From Myxococcota bacterium (GTDB lineage: Bacteria; Myxococcota; SpSt-1050), in NCBI GenBank assembly GCA_049969675.1, contig JBMFOP010000018.1:1-38625 (forward strand): a stretch of 38,625 nt of DNA, given 5' to 3'. The first letter of the stretch is position 1; each line of letters begins with the position of its first letter. Below are positions 1 to 9,485 of this stretch, piece after piece. Below the pieces are notes generated by a model that saw nothing but the letters and a program-made list of their open reading frames with translations, searched no databases and had not been told where the DNA came from. The position numbers were made by a program, and so were the translations under genes.

Positions 1-598
1 AATGAATATATTTTATCTGTCAATCCTTACCTTATCTTATATCCTTTACATCTCAAAAATTCTCTACTCCTATTCTTAAACTTCAAATTACTATTTTTCA
101 CATATGGATAAATGCAAAGTGTTCGTTACAATACTAATAAATGTTTCAAAGCCGACAACGGATATTCAGATTGTATATTAAATTATGGAGTTTAAGAATA
201 ACTGTGTGGATGAACAAAAAGATTTGTGTATATATTACCGCTGTCAAGATTCCTCTAAATTAACAGGTTGACTGTTTGTAAAATAAAAATTCTGAATGGA
301 TAGATTCACATCTGTTTACTTCCTTCTCTTCATTACAAATTTAAAATTCCCTATTTTACCGTGCCACGATGGTGGGATTTTCTCTCTAAAGAGGTAAAGA
401 GATTATTCATTACCTTTAAGAGATCAATCGCCTTATTCCTCTCTCTCACCGCCTTATAAAACATATTCATAAAAAATATTTTTGTAGAATTTATCAAAAA
501 CTAACGCGATTCATATTCCTATAAATCTCCCTCTTCAAAATTCAATATCTAAGAGGTCTAAAATAAATTTTTAGTGAATGACTTTCAAGAATATAATC

Positions 599-2284
599 TT
601 ATCTGTATTGCCTGAACATATCAAATGTATTTTCGAGCCAATCCTTAAGGCTATCCAGGTCAATGTCAAGGTCCAGGTCCTTCCCATCGGTAACATATTT
701 TAGTAGGTCTCTTAGTGACCCCTTCCCAATATCCGCATCGCCATAAACCCCCTCAAACCACCTTTTATACAATGCATCAATTTGAGGAGCCTTCTGGGGC
801 TCATTGAATTTGAACATTGATATCAACTGATTGATATTTGTATCCTTAAAGCTCCGCTCTTTCACCCACTTTGATATAAGAAAACCAAATCTCTGCTCAC
901 CAATAAGCTCCCTCAACTTCACAAAGAAGAGTGGCGCCTTCCCATAAATGATCCCCGCATACTGAAACATATTCTCGTATTTCTCAATGGGGGTATTAAT
1001 GGGCTGGTCTTTATAACCCAAAAGCCTCATCATTACATAATTTAAGCGAATCTGATTCTCCAAAATTTTATTTGCCTCATCTTTCCCGTACTTGTGGATA
1101 AAATATAAATATGCTGAGAAGCTTGCAGCCCCCTCATCCAGATATGGCTCCTTCCTTGAATCAGATGGTATTAGAGTAGCAAACCACTGGTGGGCGACCT
1201 CGTGAACAATCACAAACTCAAACATCTGGGTTAGCAGGTCTATTGAGACAAATCTCCCGTCCGTCTCTCTACCTTCAATTTCCTTATAGAGAAAATCTCC
1301 AACTGTAATGAGGGCTGGAAACTCCACACCCCCTGCCCCACCGGTCATAGGGACAACAACGATCTTCAACTCGTTATATGGATATTTTGCATAATACCTT
1401 GAGAAGAAATTTACAGCCTCCGATGCAATATCTATTGAGAGACGAGCAAGTTTATGACTTACTTCTGAGCAGGAGTAAAAACTATATAAAATTCCATCTG
1501 CCTCTCTCCTCTCGTAGTCAAAATTTGTAGATGCCTCAAATATTATATCGTTTACTGATTCAGCCTCAAAGGACCACTTAATCCTTCCATCTGACATAGT
1601 TTCTCTCTTCCTGATAATCCCATTATTCACAACAGTTACAGAGGCATCGCTGATGATATTGACCTTATAATCGGCAAAGTCTCCTCTCTGATAATCCCCT
1701 ATGCCGTTCATCTCAGCCCTTAACCAGTTATTGCCATAAAACTTTGCTAAAGAGGGGATGGGTGCAGCCATATTACACACCGATGAGGAGCATCCAAAGA
1801 CCCCATAATTATTCTCGGATGCGCCCTGACCACTCAGTCCAAGCAGCTGTTTTAAGGAAGTAAGAAATATATCAGAATCTTCATCTGATATCCGGGGCAT
1901 ATTTGCTTCAAACTCAATACTCAGGGTATATATCTTCTTCGCCCTGAATTCTCCTCTAATCTCCACTGAGGTATTATCTTTATACTCAAATTCTATCTCT
2001 TTGCCATCTAACTTTATTGAAGTAATAGAAAGACTCTTCTCACCTTCAGCCCCGCTATTGGCAAACAACCTCAAAACAACTCCTTTATTCTCTGAGAATG
2101 GATATTCAAACCTGATCTGTGCTACCCCTTTATACGAACGATTTTCAAAATCCAGATCTATCTCAACCTGATATTGTGGTCTATTCTTAGGAGGGAGATT
2201 TCTATATTCATCTCTTAATAGTCCTGCATAAAGACTCTGAGAGATCAACAGGATAAAAATAAAAACTCTAAAACAGATACGCAT
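599..2284 (-). CDS. Secreted M1-family (gluzincin) zinc metallopeptidase/aminopeptidase
   Basis: N-terminal signal peptide; GGVEFP (GxMEN-like exopeptidase motif); HEVAHQWF zinc motif followed by downstream Glu in YLDEG; catalytic Tyr region IIYGKA. Confidence 0.92.
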   Translation of the reverse strand: MRICFRVFIFILLISQSLYAGLLRDEYRNLPPKNRPQYQVEIDLDFENRSYKGVAQIRFEYPFSENKGVVLRLFANSGAEGEKSLSITSIKLDGKEIEFEYKDNTSVEIRGEFRAKKIYTLSIEFEANMPRISDEDSDIFLTSLKQLLGLSGQGASENNYGVFGCSSSVCNMAAPIPSLAKFYGNNWLRAEMNGIGDYQRGDFADYKVNIISDASVTVVNNGIIRKRETMSDGRIKWSFEAESVNDIIFEASTNFDYERREADGILYSFYSCSEVSHKLARLSIDIASEAVNFFSRYYAKYPYNELKIVVVPMTGGAGGVEFPALITVGDFLYKEIEGRETDGRFVSIDLLTQMFEFVIVHEVAHQWFATLIPSDSRKEPYLDEGAASFSAYLYFIHKYGKDEANKILENQIRLNYVMMRLLGYKDQPINTPIEKYENMFQYAGIIYGKAPLFFVKLRELIGEQRFGFLISKWVKERSFKDTNINQLISMFKFNEPQKAPQIDALYKRWFEGVYGDADIGKGSLRDLLKYVTDGKDLDLDIDLDSLKDWLENTFDMFRQYR

Positions 2285-2424
2285 AATTAAGATTTTATAT
2301 CTTTTTTATAGATTTACAACAGGAAAGTAGATTTTATTCCCTATGCCAAAATTTCTTACCACTCTGATTTTTATTGTGAAAATTAAAAACAGTATTTATA
2401 TAAATCCAAAATGGAGGTACAATT

Positions 2425-2635
2425 ATGAAAAAGTTAATCCTTTTAATTATGCTAATTCCAAATAGATATCTTCGCAGGATTTAAGGAGATTCAAAGGATA
2501 ACAATAGATTCCAATCCATCCTATGACAACTATGACCGCAAAGAGATCGCCTTCAGTCAAAGTCTGAAATCTGTGGCATATCCTGTAAAAAAGGAGAATA
2601 AGGTCTCCATCTCAATTAATCAGATACATCTATGA
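2425..2635 (+). pseudogene. Frameshifted/truncated exported protein fragment
   Basis: GGAGG RBS then ATG 2425 MKKLILLIMLIP; removing one A in CCAAATAG (~2460) gives a complete signal peptide (…IDIFA) and continues GFKEIQRITIDSNPSYDNYDRKEIAFSQSLKSVAYPVKKENKVSISINQIHL* at 2635. Confidence 0.5.
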
Positions 2636-2678
2636 AGACAACAACGGGTTTTACTATGTTGAGGAGATTATCAACTGA

Positions 2679-3222
2679 ATGAGATACAGAATCTATTTGT
2701 TGATTTTTATACTATTAAATTTAGCATTTCTGGTTGAGGCTGAGGCCGGATTCAGACTAACTTCTTCTACTGGATTTTCATTCAAGAATGATCTTAGCAA
2801 AGAGACAGCAGAGATATTTGGAATGGGTCTTCATATTCTATATCCAGTCTCAAAAGGTGATGAAGTAATTAATACAGAAATAGGGGCAGCAACATGGTTT
2901 AATTACTACACATTAGGAACAGCCGAGATGCAGACATTAAGATTTGGACTCGCTATAAGGGTCTATTTTAATCTTTTTGAGGAGATTGTACCATTTTTTA
3001 CACACGACATCTTAAGTCAGATAACATATCTCTCTGATCGTAAAAAGAGCGCACAGGCATCTACAATTATTCTTGGACTTGGGGCAAAGACTAATATAGA
3101 TAATAGTATCTTTTCTGCCTTATTTACCGAATTTACTTATGCAAGATCAGGCTCTCGGATATTTTGATGTTGAAGGGTACGACTTTAGTTTTATAACATT
3201 TAATTTTGGAGTTGAGTTTTAG
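2679..3222 (+). pseudogene. Small outer-membrane beta-barrel protein with a +1 frameshift near 3150
   Basis: Signal peptide and amphipathic beta-strands in ORF 2679..3167; the +1 frame continues LGYFDVEGYDFSFITFNFGVEF* ending 3222 with a C-terminal Phe beta-signal, abutting the convergent MFS stop at 3224. Confidence 0.65.
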
Positions 3223-3223
3223 A

Positions 3224-4570
3224 TTAATGTGATAATGTAGTCTTTTTTAATGGTGTGGCATTCCAGATTCTTATCAGTAGAAGAAAACCTATCAATGTAA
3301 AGGGGATAAGGAATACAGGCCAGAAGAGCCAGTCTCTCATTGTAATAAAACCGAGGGCAAGTGACTGAAAGCCAGTCCCCAGATAGACAAATCCGTCTAT
3401 AATTCCAACAGCGGTCGCCGCCCCTTTTCTACCACCAAAATCCATTGTGGCGGTTCCTGAGAGCACACCGTGTGTACCTATAACACAGATTGAGACCAAA
3501 AAGACCAGAAGCCCGAGAATCCAGCCGTTGTGTAAGAATGGAATCATCAGAATAACTGCAAAAAACATTATTCCATAGAGGATTGCAGCGACAGGTGGTC
3601 TCCGAGACTGAAAGAACTTATCACTCACCACACCGGCTATCATCCCTCCAGTTATACCCGCTATCATAAGCATAAGTCCCCAATTATCATTTACGAGTTG
3701 CCAGCCAGCAACATCACCCGCCTTAATATGTTCTTTTGCAAATATCTTAAACCAGTGCATTACACCGTTTCTGAGCACACCTGTACAGAATTCCACAAAT
3801 GCAATTACCAAAATTACCCTATTTGTAAGGATCCGTCTCAATACTTCTACTATTGGAGGTGGCTTATCATCCTCCCCACTTGATGCATCCTGTGTATCAA
3901 AGTCGTCATATCCAGCCTGAGATGGTTTATCTTTTAGGAGGAAGACTTCTATGAGAAAAAATGCAAAGAGTAATATTGATGGTGCAAAGAAGACCCACCA
4001 GACCCCTTCCGCATCGTAAGAACCGCTTTTGTGAACCGCCTTTAATATTCGTTCACTCACATCAAATGCAAGGAATAATCCAGTTGATATCATAATTCCA
4101 AATATGCCAGAGAATGTTCCTCTTTCTCTCACATGAAACCAATGGGAATTTACTTTGACAATTGCCACTGCCCCATAACTTTGAAAATACATATTTAATG
4201 CATAAAGGAGAACAAAGACCGGCACAATATTTATGTTACTCCCAACAGGCAATGATACTGCATAGTGAATATACAATCCCATAAATAGATTTGAAAGGGC
4301 TGCCCCGGCGACCCCAATTAGAATCCCCCGTTTGCCTCCAATCCTGTCAGTAAGTGGTCCATTGATTAAAAAGGCAATGGCATAGACCCATGCACCTACA
4401 CCAAAGATGGTTCCAAAGGCATCCTTCGGCATAAGATTACCAAGAACTGTCTGACTGACAGTCAGATTATAACGCCCCATATATAAAAGGGCATAAGAGA
4501 GCCCGAGTGGAAACCAGTTAATAAATCTTCTAATCCTGAATTGTGGGGAATGTATAATCACAATATCCAT
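3224..4570 (-). CDS. MFS transporter, organophosphate:Pi antiporter (GlpT/UhpC-like) family
   Basis: About 12 TM segments; YxxLYMGRYN N-terminal motif, GPLTDRIGGKR MFS motif A, WFHVRERG, VSDKFFQSRR. Confidence 0.88.
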   Translation of the reverse strand: MDIVIIHSPQFRIRRFINWFPLGLSYALLYMGRYNLTVSQTVLGNLMPKDAFGTIFGVGAWVYAIAFLINGPLTDRIGGKRGILIGVAGAALSNLFMGLYIHYAVSLPVGSNINIVPVFVLLYALNMYFQSYGAVAIVKVNSHWFHVRERGTFSGIFGIMISTGLFLAFDVSERILKAVHKSGSYDAEGVWWVFFAPSILLFAFFLIEVFLLKDKPSQAGYDDFDTQDASSGEDDKPPPIVEVLRRILTNRVILVIAFVEFCTGVLRNGVMHWFKIFAKEHIKAGDVAGWQLVNDNWGLMLMIAGITGGMIAGVVSDKFFQSRRPPVAAILYGIMFFAVILMIPFLHNGWILGLLVFLVSICVIGTHGVLSGTATMDFGGRKGAATAVGIIDGFVYLGTGFQSLALGFITMRDWLFWPVFLIPFTLIGFLLLIRIWNATPLKKTTLSH

Positions 4571-4713
4571 ATAGAGAAACTCTTTATTTTTTTAATTCCA
4601 ATATGTCAAATAAATATTTGGTTAATTTTTTCAAATGTAAGTACAAAAGTATCAGTACCCCTTCACTCACCAATAAGCAGCAATGTTTAGGTTCAATTTT
4701 ATGAGCATAATAA

Positions 4714-4736
4714 CTGATCTGGCATAGCCAAAACCA
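4714..4736 (-). repeat. Copy of dispersed hairpin repeat, module 2
   Basis: CTGATCTGGCATAGCCAAAACCA, 20/23 identical to 36553-36575 with a compensatory T-A/C-G stem change. Confidence 0.55.
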
Positions 4737-4834
4737 GGAGTGTTGGAGAATATCCGCATTGTTTATCACTATTAGCAGCCTAAGTTTTTCAAAAAATATA
4801 TATGCACTCTGCGTAGAAGTTACGATTAATGAAT

Positions 4835-5824
4835 CTAAATCATTCTGGGGAAGAGGAGAGATAATGACCCCCTTTTAGCAGACCCCTTTTTCGGTTTATT
4901 TATGTATAAAGATGCATTTCTATCCAGGAAGAGGCCATCTATATATCCCTGGATTGAGTTATCCTCTTCTGCCATCTTTAATCTCTTTATTGCATACAGG
5001 CAGTACTCTTCATCCATCTCTACCATAACAAAATTTCTCTTCAATTTCTTAGCCACCACTCCAGTTGTGCCTACCCCTGCAAATGGGTCAAAGACCATAT
5101 CTTTTTCATTTGAACTGGCGAGGATAATCTTTGCAAGGAGCTTCTCCGGTTTCTGTGTTGGGTGAGGGGTGTTCTCTGGCATTGACCAGAATGGTATAGT
5201 TATATCTGTCCAGATATTTGATGGATATGTCAATCTGTATCTATCCTTTCCTTCCTCTCTCCAGTCCTTTGGTCTTCCATTCTCTCTATAAGGTGCAATT
5301 ACCCTCCTTTTGAGCTTTACTGAATCCACATTGAAGGTATATTTATCGGATAGAGTACAGAACCAGATATCCTCAGAGTTGTTTTTCCAGTTCCTCTTTG
5401 ACCCACGCCCCTTCTCTCTCTCAAATGTAATTCTATTCCTCACAATAAAGTATTTTTCACAGAGTAGATGGATTGCAGCCGAAGACCTCCAGTCCCCACA
5501 AATATAAATTGATGCCGTAGGTTTCAGCAATCTGATTAACTTTTTTAACCATAGATCCATCCAGTTCATATAGTTCTCTATAGAGAGTTTTTTAAAGGAG
5601 TTATTATTGAAGGTCTTTGTAATATTATAGGGTGGATCAATAAACATAAGGTCAACAAAAGAGGCTGGCATCAGATCCACTACATCAAATATATCCATAT
5701 TAATCACTCTGTTTGATATCTCTTCAATTGAACTCTCAGTCTCTATTTTTAAGAGTTCTTCTCTATAGAGACATCTCTCTGTATCAGATAACCTGATTGT
5801 TCTATTTAATTTTGCCATGCTCAT
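4835..5824 (-). CDS. Site-specific DNA methyltransferase, N6-adenine/N4-cytosine, beta class (orphan)
   Basis: DPPY (motif IV) precedes HPTQKPE and DPFAGVGTT (motif I). Start is probably ATG 5824 or 5818 rather than TTG 5869. Confidence 0.93.
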   Translation of the reverse strand: MSMAKLNRTIRLSDTERCLYREELLKIETESSIEEISNRVINMDIFDVVDLMPASFVDLMFIDPPYNITKTFNNNSFKKLSIENYMNWMDLWLKKLIRLLKPTASIYICGDWRSSAAIHLLCEKYFIVRNRITFEREKGRGSKRNWKNNSEDIWFCTLSDKYTFNVDSVKLKRRVIAPYRENGRPKDWREEGKDRYRLTYPSNIWTDITIPFWSMPENTPHPTQKPEKLLAKIILASSNEKDMVFDPFAGVGTTGVVAKKLKRNFVMVEMDEEYCLYAIKRLKMAEEDNSIQGYIDGLFLDRNASLYINKPKKGSAKRGSLSLLFPRMI

Positions 5825-6022
5825 ATAAAGACTGGTATGCAAAATACCTGAATGTAGCCCCGCTGTCAAATATAACTTTCCTTTGTTTTAAGCCAGAATT
5901 CTCGCCTTCACTTTGCTAAAAATGTTTTAATCCTTTGTTTTTATGTGATATTTTACTTTGTATTCTGGAACATATCTTGACTATATAAAATCCGAATTTT
6001 AACCCTTTTCAGGAGGTATAAT

Positions 6023-8398
6023 ATGAACAGAGAGAGATTCTTTCTAATCCTCGCATCTGCGCTGACATTTCTTATTATTGTTGGTGCTGACAGCGGGGGA
6101 TGTGGCGGGACAAGAGACCTTGGTAATGTTGATTCCAATTCCTGCACTACAGTGGATGACTGTAAAGATTTGACACATCCGCTATGTGCTGGAGAATGGC
6201 AGTGTATCAGTGGGAAGTGTAGTTACGACTGTAAAAACGACCTTGTTGAGTGTAAGACTGATTCTGATTGTATGGCTGTTGTGTTAGAGGATGGAGTGAG
6301 CAAGATGAACTCCTGTAAATACCCTGTTGGGATATGTAAGGATGGAGTATGCCTTATCTCCTGTAAAGAGAAGGTATGTAAGTCTGATGCAGAATGTGAA
6401 AAAGGTGAGGTGTGTGAATTTGGTCCCTGCCCACTCTGTCCAAATTGTGAATGTTATGGCAAATGCGTCCCTGCGGCATACAAATGCAAATCTGATACTG
6501 ACTGCCCCGAGGGTTATTACTGCGATTTCCCTGTTGCAGGCAATGAAGATGGAACTTATAGGTGCCTTGGTCCAAACTGTGTAATTATTGAAGAAGGTGT
6601 ATGTGTAAAGAAAAATGATATGAAATGTGAATCCGATTCAGACTGTCCCGATGGGTATTATTGTGCATATCCTGATGTTGAGTATCGCTCTGATGGGAGA
6701 GAGAGGTGTTTTACAACCAGATGCATAATTCCTCCATCAGAGGGCGTATGTCTGCCATATCAGAGCTGCGTCTGTCCAGAATACTACTCGCCCGTATGTG
6801 GTTCAGACGGTGTAACTTATGGCAATGAGTGTTTTGCGAAGTGTGCGGGTGTAATGGTGGAATATCCCGGTGAATGTAAAGGGGAGTGCGAGTGCTATAC
6901 CTCATCAAATGGGAAATGTGGAATAGATTTCAAGTGTAACCCGGGCTTTGAATGCAGAGATGATGGTTCCTGCTGTAAATGTGAGAGTACCTGTAAAAAA
7001 GGCTTTGAATGTAATTCTGACCAAGATTGTCCACTCGGTGTGGAGGGTTATCAATGTATAAATGGCTGCTGCCAGCTGATTGGTTGTGCCTGCCCATTAT
7101 ATTACTCTCCGGTCTGTGGTAAAAATGGTGTAACTTATGGAAATGAGTGTGAGGCAAAATGTGCCGGAACAGAGATAGCCTATTACGGTGAATGTAAGCA
7201 GGGGTGTTATTCGGACAATGATTGCCCTAAGGGCTTTAGATGCAACGCATCTGAGGTATGCAATACTCCCCCGGGATGTGACCCATCCAGTGGTATGCTC
7301 TGCCCGGATGTATGTTATGGGCAGTGTGTACCAGAAAATCTGGAATGTTTCTCAGACAAGGATTGTCCAGAAGGATATTTTTGTGCATTGATGGATTGCA
7401 GACAGAATAGCGAAAAATGTTGGGGTGCCTGGCTGGATGAGAACGGGGTCTGCAGGTCCCCCTCAGATGGAGTATATCCAGCAGAATGCTGTGCAATTGA
7501 CTGTGGTGGTGGCGGGATCTGCCAACCTCTCTGTGCACCGGTTATGTGTGACCTCTATTGCGAATATGGGTTTGCAAGAGATGAGAGAGGTTGTGAGGTG
7601 TGTAAATGCAATGAGCCCCCACTTGATTGCAAAGAGTTTACCGATGAAAATGGACTCACCTGCAAGATTTGTTACTTCCCCGATGGCTCCATCGCAAGGG
7701 AGGATTGCTTTGACCCAACATTCTGTAAACAGTATGAAGAGAACGGAGATAAGTGCACAATATGCTACAATACTGATGGAAAGGTGATATATAAGGAGTG
7801 CTATCCATCAATAGTCTGCAGGGAGACCTATGAAGATAATTCTATATGTAAAGTCTGTGTGGATTACAACGGGAATATTGTCTCAAAGGACTGCAGACCT
7901 GCAGAGAAGTGTGAGGGATATACAGACCCGAGTGGAAATATATGCACAATATGTTATGACCGCTATGGGAATGTAACAAAGAAGGAATGCGAAAACTCTG
8001 GGCATTGTGAGGAACTTGAAGACCCAGCCACAAATGAGATATGTAGAGTATGCTATGATGCAAGTGGAAATGTAACATATAAAGAATGTTATCCCGGTGC
8101 CTGTGCATACAATCAGCCTGTCTGTAAGGCTGATTCCGACTGCAGATCTCAAGAACTCTGTATCAATGGCTGCTGTCAAAAGAGATCCTGTGTATGTCCA
8201 TTATATTATTCACCGGTCTGTGGAAAAGATGGGAAGACATACGGGAATGAATGTGAGGCAAAGTGTGCAAATGTTGAAGTTGCATACAAGGGGGAATGCC
8301 ATGGGGAATGTATTGAAACTTATGCCCCCTGTTCCTCAGATAATCAGTGTCCAAAGGGATATGCATGTTTCCAAGGCGCCTGCTGCCTGCCAAAATAG
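6023..8398 (+). CDS. Large Cys-rich exported/lipoprotein with 3 Kazal domains, 1 antistasin-like domain, multiple CxxDxDCPxGxxC modules and a 5-unit tandem 4-Cys repeat
   Basis: AGGAGG RBS; hydrophobic signal ending GADSGGC; CPxYYSPVCGxxGxTYGNECxAKC at 6767-6877, 7085-7195 and 8189-8299; CAPVMCDLYCEYGFARDERGCEVCKC at 7532-7609. Confidence 0.9.
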   Translation: MNRERFFLILASALTFLIIVGADSGGCGGTRDLGNVDSNSCTTVDDCKDLTHPLCAGEWQCISGKCSYDCKNDLVECKTDSDCMAVVLEDGVSKMNSCKYPVGICKDGVCLISCKEKVCKSDAECEKGEVCEFGPCPLCPNCECYGKCVPAAYKCKSDTDCPEGYYCDFPVAGNEDGTYRCLGPNCVIIEEGVCVKKNDMKCESDSDCPDGYYCAYPDVEYRSDGRERCFTTRCIIPPSEGVCLPYQSCVCPEYYSPVCGSDGVTYGNECFAKCAGVMVEYPGECKGECECYTSSNGKCGIDFKCNPGFECRDDGSCCKCESTCKKGFECNSDQDCPLGVEGYQCINGCCQLIGCACPLYYSPVCGKNGVTYGNECEAKCAGTEIAYYGECKQGCYSDNDCPKGFRCNASEVCNTPPGCDPSSGMLCPDVCYGQCVPENLECFSDKDCPEGYFCALMDCRQNSEKCWGAWLDENGVCRSPSDGVYPAECCAIDCGGGGICQPLCAPVMCDLYCEYGFARDERGCEVCKCNEPPLDCKEFTDENGLTCKICYFPDGSIAREDCFDPTFCKQYEENGDKCTICYNTDGKVIYKECYPSIVCRETYEDNSICKVCVDYNGNIVSKDCRPAEKCEGYTDPSGNICTICYDRYGNVTKKECENSGHCEELEDPATNEICRVCYDASGNVTYKECYPGACAYNQPVCKADSDCRSQELCINGCCQKRSCVCPLYYSPVCGKDGKTYGNECEAKCANVEVAYKGECHGECIETYAPCSSDNQCPKGYACFQGACCLPK

Positions 8399-8425
8399 GT
8401 AGCAATTCATAGATACTTACCTCTT

Positions 8426-8460
8426 AAGCCCTGTGGGCTAAACCCCGCAGGGCTTTTTTT
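8426..8460 (+). terminator. Rho-independent terminator
   Basis: AAGCCCTGTGGG / CCCGCAGGGCTT stem followed by a T-run, 28 nt after the stop codon. Confidence 0.85.
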
Positions 8461-8504
8461 ATTATCTAAGATTTATCACATCTGCCCGTAATATATTTTC
8501 AGTG

Positions 8505-8830
8505 AAAGACTTTACGAGGCTTCACTCTGTTCAGCCATTTCGGCTATCGCCAATCAGGTTTTGAAGTTAATTTATTTGAGTGATGCCTTCGGCATAATCA
8601 CAATAGAATCATCCTGCCTCGCGCTGTTCGGCAGATGATTCGCACTGCATAAATTTTATGAGGCTTAGACAAAAATTGAAAATTAATCAAAATTTGTAAA
8701 TAGTACAAACCTGATCAACTAAAATTTATGCATTGCACCTCAAGGCGTTGCTTTGCTACGCCATTTCGACTAAAAGGCACCTGTGGTCTTTACAGATATT
8801 TTCAGAGCCAAATGCTCTGATGACACAGGT
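8505..8830. repeat. Hairpin-rich intergenic element with two module-1 copies and one module-2 copy of the dispersed repeat (candidate structured ncRNA or non-autonomous element)
   Basis: 8514-8613 colinear with 31419-31518; 8742-8774 matches the reverse complement of 15839-15871 (29/33); several perfect internal inverted repeats. Confidence 0.7.
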
Positions 8831-9005
8831 TTGGACATCAATTAATTTGTCTGTCTCATAACCGATATATTACTTAAAAATGTGAAGTTAAGGTTTAACT
8901 TTTTCAATTTTCACTTCGTCTAACTATTGACTTATGCTGAAGGTGGTTATAAATTTCTAATAGTTTGAATTTTGGAATAGTTTTAATATTGAAAGGATTT
9001 TTGGA

Positions 9006-9485
9006 ATGAATGATTTAAGAAGGAAGGAAGTTGAGAGACTGGTCAGCAAACTTAAAGAATTCTACAGCCTGCTTGCCCAGGGCGGAAATCAACAGACCTT
9101 ATCAGTTATGTATGAATCCCAGTTAACTCTCCCTCAGGTCGTGGCTCTTCATTATATATTTCACTGTAAGCAGTGTTCAATCTCATCAATCTCCGAGAGA
9201 TTGAATCTCTCACTTGGCGCCACAAGTCATCTTGTAGATAGGCTCGTACAACTCGGTTATCTCAGCCGGGAAGAGAACCCTGAGGATAGGAGGATGAAAT
9301 TAATTACTATCACCAAAAAGGGGAATGAGTTTTTAACAAAGTTAAATGAGAGCCGCACAGCAGATATGATGGGTGCCCTTTCAATGATTGAAGGGGATAA
9401 GATTCAAAGGCTGGCAGATATCATCGGCGAGATAATCAAAAAACTTAAAGAGAACAAAGGTGACAAACTATGTCAAAAAGAATAG
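9006..9485 (+). CDS. MarR-family transcriptional regulator
   Basis: LTLPQ…ISERLNLSLGATSHLVDRLVQLGYLSREENPEDRR winged-helix signature; first gene of the efflux operon. Confidence 0.93.
   Translation: MNDLRRKEVERLVSKLKEFYSLLAQGGNQQTLSVMYESQLTLPQVVALHYIFHCKQCSISSISERLNLSLGATSHLVDRLVQLGYLSREENPEDRRMKLITITKKGNEFLTKLNESRTADMMGALSMIEGDKIQRLADIIGEIIKKLKENKGDKLCQKE

Noticed and set aside
104..271. Short Cys-containing reading-frame fragments at the window start
   Set aside because: Under 30 aa, multiple stops and no RBS; a possible decayed gene but unsupported
7628..8092. Multiheme cytochrome c
   Set aside because: CxxC motifs are followed by Tyr or Val, not His
599..8398. M1 peptidase and Kazal protein as a protease-inhibitor pair
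   Set aside because: Kazal and antistasin domains inhibit serine proteases, not M1 metallopeptidases, and the genes are not linked
6327..8405. Many alternative-frame and antisense ORFs within the Cys-rich gene, and similar ones within the RND, MMPL and groEL genes
   Set aside because: Shadows of real genes caused by codon bias; no motifs or RBS seen
8505..8830. CRISPR array or tRNA interpretation of the repeats
   Set aside because: No regularly spaced identical repeats with unique spacers, no cloverleaf or T-loop consensus, no cas genes
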